From contig CAIVRE010000011.1 of NCBI GenBank assembly GCA_903908245.1, positions 2,411-66,410 on the forward strand: a DNA stretch of 64,000 nt. Reading direction: 5' to 3'. Below are positions 57,235 through 64,000 of this stretch, piece after piece. The position numbers and the translations under genes are program-made. Under the pieces are notes generated by a model. That model saw only the letters and a program-made list of their open reading frames with translations. It searched no databases and had not been told where the DNA came from. The DNA is from Candidatus Omnitrophota bacterium. Its GTDB lineage: Bacteria; Omnitrophota; Gorgyraeia; Zapsychrales; Fredricksoniimonadaceae. Position 1 is the stretch's first letter. Every line of letters starts with the position of its first letter.

Positions 57235-59296
57235 TGCGTGGGGTCTCCATTAACGGGAGCAATATTGTCGCAACCGTTCCCTGGCCCAATTTGCTCGTGA
57301 ATGTTAATTTGCCTTTATGCGCCTTGATGATCCCGTAACAGATCGCAAGCCCAAGCCCTGTTCCGGTCTCTTTGGTCGTAAAGAATGGTTCCATGATCTT
57401 GCGCAGGACATCGTCCGGCATGCCCTGGCCCGTGTCCTTGAAATCGATCCGCAAGTAGCCGCCTTCCGAAGAAGTGGTGACCGTAATGATCCCGCCTTCC
57501 GGCATGGCTTCTTTGGCGTTGTTGAGAAGGTTCATGAATACTTCCTGGATCTGCTGTTCATCCGCTTGCACAATAGCCTCTTTGTCCATGTATTGCCGCA
57601 GGATCTGCACATTTTCGACCAGGAGGAACTGCTTCTCAAGCATGCAGATGAAGCTTTCGATGCTCTGGCGGATATCCATTTCCTTGAGCTCTCCCCGGCT
57701 CGGCCGGGAGAATCGCAGGACCCTGCGGATAACATTCTTGGCCCGTTGGCATTCTTTTATAATGATATCCAGATTATTTCTTTCCTCATCGTTGATCGAT
57801 TCCGACATCAGCGAAAGCTGTGCATTTCCGGAAATGATCATCAATGGATTATTGACCTCGTGGGCGATCTCGGAGATCAGCCGGCCCAGAGAGGCCAGCT
57901 TTTCAGACTGGATGAGCATGTTCTGTGAGGCCTTTAATTCCATCAGGTTCTGCTCCAGGTCTTTTCGGGCCTTGTTATTGTCTTCCAGCATGCTGATCAT
58001 GATCCGGCGGGCCTTGATGGACTCTTTAAGCGCGTTCTTCAGTTCCCGTTCCTGCTGGTCGATCTTTTCCTGCGCCTGTTTCTGGTCAGTGATATCTCTG
58101 ATGATCCCGACAATGAATTTATTGCCGGAGTTGTCCGTGTATAAAGTTTTCTTTGTGACAATAAGATTGATCTTTCCGCTCGCGTTTGTGAACAACTCTT
58201 TGTTGATCACTTCGGCTCCGTTCGTGAAGACTTCTTCATCTTTGTTCCAGAAAACATCCGCTTGTTCTTTGGGGAAGAAATCATGGTCAGACTTCCCCTG
58301 GATCTCCTCGGGTTTGCGCTCCATTAGTCCGGAAAAAGCAGGATTGAACAATACCCAGCGATGGGATTTATCTTTGACGAATATCGGGTCAGCCACGGCA
58401 TTGATGATCTTTTCCAGATGTTCCCGGGATGCGGTCGTCTGGCCTTCCATTTCTTTGCGTTTGATATCTGAACGATTTAACATGACCGAGAACGAATAAA
58501 TAAAGATCGTCAGTAAAGAAAGGTTTCCCATGATAACCAGTAACACGCCGAACTCATTGTTGAACAGGCTGGATCTTTCAGCGGACAATTTCAGCAATTC
58601 CATGCCGATCGGGATAAGGATCGCCACTGGAAGGATGCGGCGCAGCATCCTTCCTCCTGCAAGGTCGCAGGTGACCTGGACCATCAGGCCGCTGTCAGGG
58701 CGAAGGAACAATATTCCGAACGCGGCCAGGATAAGCAGGACCGTGGTATGAAGAGGCATCGCTGTGTTGAGCTGCTGGCCGATATAGAGAGGGGGCTTTC
58801 CGTAACAATAAGCGATCAGGCTCAAGATGGCGATGCAGGTGACAGCAAGGGCGCAAGACTGCATGATATAACTGGGCCATGGTTTTTTCGGGCTTGAGAA
58901 CAGCAATGAAATGCCGATCAGTATAAAACAGATCGCGCCAGGGAAGGCTATTCTTTCGGGGGTTATCAGGCTGATCGTTAGCAGCACAGATACGGATAAT
59001 CCGGCGGTAAGGCGAAAGTTCGGGCTGTTGATCCGTTTTGTCTGCAGGCACCACAGCGCCGCTCCGGTCAGAATGAAACAGAGCGCCGTATTGGCTTTCA
59101 TGGCGACTATTTCAGGGATAACATTTTTTAATGCCGGGATGTCCCCTACCCGGCCAAGGAGCCCGGCGCATCCGCTGAAAAAGACCAGGATACTGATGGC
59201 TTCGGAAGCGGTTCTCGTTATTTCAACGCTGCGCCCGGCTGGCGGGGTATCTTTCGTGCGAGAAAGAAGCGCATCGTTAACAATTGCCATGGCCAT
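57227..59296 (-). CDS. multi-TM PAS sensor histidine kinase
   Basis: ~7 TM N-terminus, PAS, H-box EIAHEVNNPL, G-box GTGLGLAICYG. Confidence 0.8.
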   Translation of the reverse strand: MAMAIVNDALLSRTKDTPPAGRSVEITRTASEAISILVFFSGCAGLLGRVGDIPALKNVIPEIVAMKANTALCFILTGAALWCLQTKRINSPNFRLTAGLSVSVLLTISLITPERIAFPGAICFILIGISLLFSSPKKPWPSYIMQSCALAVTCIAILSLIAYCYGKPPLYIGQQLNTAMPLHTTVLLILAAFGILFLRPDSGLMVQVTCDLAGGRMLRRILPVAILIPIGMELLKLSAERSSLFNNEFGVLLVIMGNLSLLTIFIYSFSVMLNRSDIKRKEMEGQTTASREHLEKIINAVADPIFVKDKSHRWVLFNPAFSGLMERKPEEIQGKSDHDFFPKEQADVFWNKDEEVFTNGAEVINKELFTNASGKINLIVTKKTLYTDNSGNKFIVGIIRDITDQKQAQEKIDQQERELKNALKESIKARRIMISMLEDNNKARKDLEQNLMELKASQNMLIQSEKLASLGRLISEIAHEVNNPLMIISGNAQLSLMSESINDEERNNLDIIIKECQRAKNVIRRVLRFSRPSRGELKEMDIRQSIESFICMLEKQFLLVENVQILRQYMDKEAIVQADEQQIQEVFMNLLNNAKEAMPEGGIITVTTSSEGGYLRIDFKDTGQGMPDDVLRKIMEPFFTTKETGTGLGLAICYGIIKAHKGKLTFTSKLGQGTVATILLPLMETPRNG

Positions 59297-60360
59297 TATG
59301 TCCTTAATATATATTTGTCAACCAATTTGGCGCTGCCCGATGGCATCGGATATTTCTTTAAGTCTTTTTTGCTAACCAGCTGTAACCGGCTTGTTTGCCG
59401 GATATTTTCTTCACAGGAGCAGTCAAAGGCTGTGAGTTTTACTTTGAATTGCGTATAGTAATGAACAACTTGTGCTATTTTACTATGGACACACACTTTA
59501 AGTCCAGTTTCTTCAAGGACTTCACGTTTTAAGGCCTCCTGAGGGCTTTGGTCTTGCGGTTCGATCTTCCCTCCGGGGAATTCCCAAAGGCCGGCCAAAA
59601 GCCCTTTCTCGGGCCGTTGCCGGATAAGGATTTTATTCTTGACCTGAATGATCGCCACCACAGCTTCGATCTTTTTAATGATCTTGATCTTAGGTTCCGG
59701 AATAAGTTCCTGGATCCCCCTCGCGTACGCTTTGCAGAACGGCCGGACCGGGCATTGATTGCATAGCGGCTCATTAGACCGGCATATCAACGCGCCCAGC
59801 TCCATCATCGCCTGGTTGAAATGGCCCGGATGTCGGGCAGGAATAATGGAGCTTAGCCGGTTCAAGATGCGCCGGTCGTATTGTGTCGATGCCTTGGCCC
59901 TGATCGCGAGGACCCTCATCATGACACGACGGACATTGGCGTCCACCAGTGGCACCGGGCGGTTGAACGCGATACTCGCGACCGCGGCGGCCGTATATGG
60001 CCCAAATCCGGGAAGTTCTTGCAATTCATCGGCGGTATCCGGGAGTTGTCCTTTATTTGTCGCCACCAGAAGCTGCGCGCATTTCAGGAGGTTCCGTGCC
60101 CTGCTGTAATAGCCGAGCCCTTGCCATTCTTTAAGGACCCCTTGTTCACTGGAACTGGCCAGAGTCTGGATTGAGGGATAGACGTTTAACCATTGTTCGT
60201 AACGGTTCAAGATGGCGGCGACTGTTGTCTGTTGCAGCATGATCTCCGAGATCCAGACACGATACGGGTCGGCACGGCCTTTTAAGACGCGCCAGGGCAT
60301 CGCGCGCGCGTTCTTCAGGAACCATTGAACGAGCCGGGTAGAAAATAAATGGTCAGGCAT
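59296..60360 (-). CDS. mutY: A/G-specific adenine DNA glycosylase
   Basis: HhH-GPD domain with 4Fe-4S Cys loop (CxxxxxxCxxCxxxxxC) and NUDIX-like C-terminus. Confidence 0.85.
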   Translation of the reverse strand: MPDHLFSTRLVQWFLKNARAMPWRVLKGRADPYRVWISEIMLQQTTVAAILNRYEQWLNVYPSIQTLASSSEQGVLKEWQGLGYYSRARNLLKCAQLLVATNKGQLPDTADELQELPGFGPYTAAAVASIAFNRPVPLVDANVRRVMMRVLAIRAKASTQYDRRILNRLSSIIPARHPGHFNQAMMELGALICRSNEPLCNQCPVRPFCKAYARGIQELIPEPKIKIIKKIEAVVAIIQVKNKILIRQRPEKGLLAGLWEFPGGKIEPQDQSPQEALKREVLEETGLKVCVHSKIAQVVHYYTQFKVKLTAFDCSCEENIRQTSRLQLVSKKDLKKYPMPSGSAKLVDKYILRT

Positions 60361-61198
60361 GGATCATCCGCACATAATGCGGGGATGTGCTGATACGGAG
60401 GGTTTTCCCGAATGTCAGGGGATATTTGATATGAGCTCCATCGAGAAAGACGCGGCCGTGAGACATCCGTGATGTGATGTCGATCGACGCGCCGGTTCTT
60501 ATCCGGCCGCCGTTCAGTTTGTATGCTGTCCCTATCCCGTGATAAAGCTCACGGGGTTTATACTGGATGTTTTTACTGCCCAAAGGCAGTTTGACCCCGC
60601 CGGCGGAAGAAATGGCGCCGGTAGATCCCGCCGCCGAAGAAAACCATACGCCGGAGCTGCGTTGTTCTTCAAAGGCCCGGCCGACCGCCAGGCTGTAACG
60701 GCTCATGGCGGCCGGATTGGCATGGCAGACCAGGATGTCATTGAGGCATTCAACGGTCCGGGGAGGTTTTTCGTCAAGGAAAGTGGCGCGCAGTTTATAG
60801 ACTTTCTTGAAATGCGGCGTGGCCAATGTTTGGCGCAAGACCCTTTCAAATGAATCCGCATCGGCTACGCAGAATTGCCCCACGCTCCATGTGGGATCGG
60901 AGTTTACCCCCAGGATCAGCTGTTCTTCTGTTGCCGGTCGGGCAGCGTCCAGGAATGTTCCGTCCCCCCCGACAGTGATGATCAGCCCGCATTGCTGACG
61001 ATTGCAGGAAGAACCTCTTAACTGAAGGCAATGATCGATGCCCAGGACTTTCAGGATCATTTCGACTTTTCGCAAAGCGGCATAATGGCAGGCATGGTTT
61101 TGGCGGAACCGTGCGTTAGCGGCGGCGATCGATGTCCCGGCCGCGAGCAACGGGCTGCGTTTGTAAATGATCAGCGCTTTAAAGTTCTTTTTGTTCAT
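60353..61198 (-). CDS. nadK: NAD(+) kinase
   Basis: GGDGT motif, NadK length/architecture. Confidence 0.8.
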   Translation of the reverse strand: MNKKNFKALIIYKRSPLLAAGTSIAAANARFRQNHACHYAALRKVEMILKVLGIDHCLQLRGSSCNRQQCGLIITVGGDGTFLDAARPATEEQLILGVNSDPTWSVGQFCVADADSFERVLRQTLATPHFKKVYKLRATFLDEKPPRTVECLNDILVCHANPAAMSRYSLAVGRAFEEQRSSGVWFSSAAGSTGAISSAGGVKLPLGSKNIQYKPRELYHGIGTAYKLNGGRIRTGASIDITSRMSHGRVFLDGAHIKYPLTFGKTLRISTSPHYVRMIHA

Positions 61199-61860
61199 TT
61201 CTTGTCCAGGGCTTTCTGCAGGACTCCGGAAAGGCTTTTGAGGTCTTTAAAGGTCCTGTCCGCGCCCTTAAGATATTTTGCAGGCAAGGAAGTGGAAACA
61301 GCGTAACATTTTATCCCGGCCGCTTTGGCGGACATTATACCAAAAGGAGCGTTCTCTATGACAATAGCTTCTTCTCCGCTGATCTTAAGGGCTTTGAGTG
61401 CGTTAAGATAAGGCTCCGGATGCGGCTTTCCCAATAGGACATCGCTGCCCGTGACGGTGGCTTCGAACATGGCCAGAAGTTTTTTTGGCATTGTTCGTTC
61501 AACCTCATGGCGGGAGGTCCCTGTTACCAGGGCTAATCGAACGCCATTATGATAAAGCTTTTTGATGAGCGTCCTTGATCCGGGAATGAACCGCTGGCGG
61601 ATGATCTGTTTAAAAAATCGTTCTTTATCATCAATGATCCGCTGAGCCTGGCTGGTAGATATGGTCATTGCGCTCTGCGCGAATATTTCACGGATACTTT
61701 CCGTCCCCTTTTGCCCTTCCCGGCTATAAATATCGAATTTTGATACGGTTAGACCGTTATTACGAAGTATCTTGCGCCATGCACGGAAATGATAGGGCAT
61801 GGTGTCGGTAATGACGCCGTCCATGTCAAACATAACGGCTTTTAGAGTGGTTTTTTCCAT
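61195..61860 (-). CDS. HAD-family hydrolase (beta-phosphoglucomutase-like)
   Basis: FDMDGVITDT motif I, motif III K, motif IV. Confidence 0.75.
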   Translation of the reverse strand: MEKTTLKAVMFDMDGVITDTMPYHFRAWRKILRNNGLTVSKFDIYSREGQKGTESIREIFAQSAMTISTSQAQRIIDDKERFFKQIIRQRFIPGSRTLIKKLYHNGVRLALVTGTSRHEVERTMPKKLLAMFEATVTGSDVLLGKPHPEPYLNALKALKISGEEAIVIENAPFGIMSAKAAGIKCYAVSTSLPAKYLKGADRTFKDLKSLSGVLQKALDKK

Positions 61861-61875
61861 TCGTGCAGTATTTTT

Positions 61876-62346
61876 TTAATGCGTCTTTTGCGTGCGGGAT
61901 TTCTGTTGGCGTTTGAGCTCTCTGAGCTCCTTTTCGCGTTTCTTTTTCATATCGGATATTTGTTTGTCGCGGACCCGTTTTTCATTGGCCAGGGCTTTAA
62001 CGCGGTTTTCTTCGATCTTGGCGATCTCGTTGGCTTTCTTTTGGCGAGCCCTCTCAGCTGCCGCAGTGCTTTTTTCGAGCTTGGCACGTTCTTTATCCTG
62101 TGCTGTCTTGGCTTCAATGGCTGCTTTACGTGAATCTTCCCATTTTAACAGAAAATCTTTTCTGGATGCTGCCGTGACATCGTACCAGGAAAAGCCTGTT
62201 TCATTCTGGAACTTGAGGCGTGCGGATGCCGGTGCGGTCAACAGGTCTTGACCGTAAAGAGATTCAAGCGCGACCCCATCCGCCAGGCATGGCTTCCAAG
62301 GGGCTAAAAAAAACAAGAAAATGATCGTTACGAGCAGATTCTTCAT
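61876..62346 (-). CDS. secreted/membrane-anchored protein with K/E/R-rich charged helical tail (TolA-like low complexity)
   Basis: Start at MKNLLV with signal/anchor; C-terminal ~70 aa highly charged (KERAKLEKSTAAAERARQKKANEIAK...). Confidence 0.45.
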   Translation of the reverse strand: MKNLLVTIIFLFFLAPWKPCLADGVALESLYGQDLLTAPASARLKFQNETGFSWYDVTAASRKDFLLKWEDSRKAAIEAKTAQDKERAKLEKSTAAAERARQKKANEIAKIEENRVKALANEKRVRDKQISDMKKKREKELRELKRQQKSRTQKTH

Positions 62347-62394
62347 AATAAAAGTATAACACAACATGTTTTAAAAGGCATATTCAGGGAGAAT

Positions 62395-63333
62395 TTAAAG
62401 AATGCCTAAAGGCGTAGCATCTTTAACAAAGAACTTCAGGACAGCGGAAGAAGTGCTTCCGTCCGGCCATTGTGCGATCAGATTGATCAAATATTCTCCG
62501 GGGGTTTGATCCAGGGGGACATTGATGTCATAAACGTTATTGGTTTTTGGCGACGGATCATTATAAGTATTATTTAAAGCGATCAAAATGATGTTCTTGG
62601 GCAGTTGCCTTCCGGAAACCGTTACTTCCACTCGTGCGGACTGGCCCTGGTCCCAGACCACCCCCGGGTCAGGAGATACGATCTTGATCTCAAAAGGGCC
62701 GGAGAGCACAGGTTCCGGAAAACTGGAGGCGGGCTGTATTGTTTGGGCGGAGGTTTCCCTGGCAGAGACCGGTTCGGGCCCCGGCCCCTGTTCGGGTATC
62801 TGGTCGCGCTCAAATACCAGTTCTACCGGCCGTGAAAGCTTGAGGGATTGTGATGCGATAAGGAGTTTCAGGGTCCTTGCTTTTGCGATAGGGGCTTCAA
62901 AGAAGAGCGTTTCTCCGTATTGCTCTCCCGGGTATAAGCTTGGGAAATTCTTGGAAACGGACAAGACCGCGGTTTTGTAATTATCGGGCTTTCTCATTGC
63001 CCGGTAACGGTTCCCGAATTCATCGAACAATTGATATTCGATCGTTTCGTCCAGGTCGATCTTTTTTGATTCGTTGGTATTATTGATGGTAAAGGAGACC
63101 GCGATATAGGAAAGGACTTCCCCGGTATTGTCGGGATGTTCAACCATATCATTGATCATGTGATGCCGCGGTTTTGCCCATTCCCCGCTGGAGATCCGGA
63201 CGATATTAAAAGACAGCCCGTCGATATTCACGGGATGGGCGGCAAGGACGGGCAAAGAAAAGGCAAAGGTCAGAAGCGCGAACGCAAGAATGCGCGTATT
63301 TTTGTATGGGCGGGCCATATTTTTTTTCATTGA
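62395..63333 (-). CDS. secreted hypothetical protein
   Basis: Start MKKNMARPY... followed by signal peptide (alternative ATG 63354); beta-rich, no known motifs. Confidence 0.45.
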   Translation of the reverse strand, partial: SMKKNMARPYKNTRILAFALLTFAFSLPVLAAHPVNIDGLSFNIVRISSGEWAKPRHHMINDMVEHPDNTGEVLSYIAVSFTINNTNESKKIDLDETIEYQLFDEFGNRYRAMRKPDNYKTAVLSVSKNFPSLYPGEQYGETLFFEAPIAKARTLKLLIASQSLKLSRPVELVFERDQIPEQGPGPEPVSARETSAQTIQPASSFPEPVLSGPFEIKIVSPDPGVVWDQGQSARVEVTVSGRQLPKNIILIALNNTYNDPSPKTNNVYDINVPLDQTPGEYLINLIAQWPDGSTSSAVLKFFVKDATPLGIL

Positions 63334-63388
63334 TTTTAGTATAACAAAAGGCAATAATACTCACAATAAACAAGTTGGATTTTATTCT

Positions 63389-63958
63389 ATGCCGGCTATC
63401 AACCTATCCGACGACAAGACGGTCCTCCTGCATACCTGCTGTGCGCCATGCAGCTGCGCGATCATTGAGCAACTTTTATCTGAAGGTATCCGTCCGGACC
63501 TGTTCTTCTATAATCCCAATGTGCATCCTTTTGATGAATATCTTCAGCGCAAAGCTTCGGTCATCGCGTATGCCCGTAAAAAGAAGCTTGATCTTATTGA
63601 CGCGGATTATGACCCGGAAACCTGGCTTGCCCTTGTTAAAGGTTTTGAGAATGAACCGGAACGCGGCAAGCGCTGTTCCATTTGTTTCGATATTCGGCTG
63701 AAGAAGACGGCTGAATATGCCAGTACGCATCAATACAAGCTCTTTGCGACCACTAATGGCATAAGCCGCTGGAAAGATATGGATCAGGTGAATCATTCCG
63801 GCCGCCTGGCGGCCTTGCCTTATTCAGGGTTAGCCTTTCTTGACCGCAACTGGCGTTTGGACCATGCCCAGGCCAAAGCTTCACGCATTACCAAAGAAGA
63901 ACAATTTCATACTCAGAACTATTGCGGTTGTATTTTTTCTTTTCGGCCAGGCAAATAA
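63389..63958 (+). CDS. queH: epoxyqueuosine reductase QueH (DUF208)
   Basis: LLHTCCAPCS motif and conserved Cys pattern of QueH; ORF-track 63290 start is an unsupported upstream extension. Confidence 0.75.
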   Translation: MPAINLSDDKTVLLHTCCAPCSCAIIEQLLSEGIRPDLFFYNPNVHPFDEYLQRKASVIAYARKKKLDLIDADYDPETWLALVKGFENEPERGKRCSICFDIRLKKTAEYASTHQYKLFATTNGISRWKDMDQVNHSGRLAALPYSGLAFLDRNWRLDHAQAKASRITKEEQFHTQNYCGCIFSFRPGK

Positions 63959-63995
63959 AAAACCCCATTTCTGTATTGAAACGGGGTTTTTACAG
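63959..63995 (+). terminator. rho-independent terminator after queH
   Basis: AAAACCCCATTTC...GAAACGGGGTTTTT hairpin plus T-tract immediately after stop. Confidence 0.7.
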
Positions 63996-64000
63996 CCAAA

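Noticed and set aside
1-64000. CRISPR arrays, tRNA/rRNA genes, transposases/integrases
   Set aside because: I did not see any regularly spaced direct repeats, tRNA-like cloverleaf candidates in intergenic regions, or transposase/integrase-like ORFs. Intergenic space is minimal, and all large ORFs are accounted for.

Overview
This 64 kb window is from a roughly 55-60% GC bacterial chromosome, probably an anaerobe, with tightly packed genes in long same-strand blocks. From 5' to 3' it contains:

- a menaquinone-biosynthesis fragment (MenC-like partial, MenE, hotdog thioesterase);
- a 1.5 k-aa signal-peptide protein with a glucan-phosphorylase (GT35)-like core;
- convergent ilvBN plus a 7Fe ferredoxin and an isolated B12-binding radical SAM gene;
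- a ~24.5 kb run on the + strand, with acnA-leuC-leuD-ilvD-aroC-SDR followed by an NTE-like cNMP-binding patatin phospholipase, then a dense accessory island.

The island is the most unusual part of the window. The + strand run (21.6-35.6 kb) carries 6 of the window's 8 radical SAM genes, split into B12-binding class-B type and SPASM/twitch type; a seventh is convergent at 37.9-39.4 kb and the eighth is the isolated one at 9.6-11.0 kb. Interleaved with them are a cupin, three SDRs, a PHP phosphoesterase with zinc ribbons, a split transketolase, a GT2 polyprenyl-phosphate-sugar-synthase-like enzyme and an NAD-epimerase. It is bounded by two GT-C-type polytopic membrane proteins, one YfhO-like and one PMT/ArnT-like fused to TPRs. 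Between them a 30-aa Cys-rich ORF, absent from the six-frame track, sits behind a perfect palindrome that would sequester its own Shine-Dalgarno.

Further downstream the window contains:

- an Fe-ADH and an orphan rsmH;
- a visibly lower-GC stretch (~43.7-50.4 kb) with two coiled-coil repeat envelope proteins, a Spy/CpxP-like LTxxQ protein, an ArnE/ArnF-like pair of small EamA flippase subunits, a FemAB-like GNAT, a class-III aminotransferase, a HAD phosphatase and an alpha/beta hydrolase;
- an OmpR-type two-component system next to a TTAAG-repeat/palindrome element;
- a GH26-like glycosidase coupled to a VF530/DUF2132 protein;
- a multi-protein sensing module (an output-less PAS sensor, two stand-alone receivers and a PAS histidine kinase);
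- mutY, nadK, a HAD hydrolase, two secreted proteins and queH with an intrinsic terminator.

I could not support any CRISPR array, tRNA/rRNA or mobile element. The GT2, epimerase, aminotransferase, ArnE/F-like pair and ArnT-like GT-C together resemble an Arn-type lipid-linked sugar modification route decorated by many radical SAM enzymes. That pathway is inferred and not matched to any described system.
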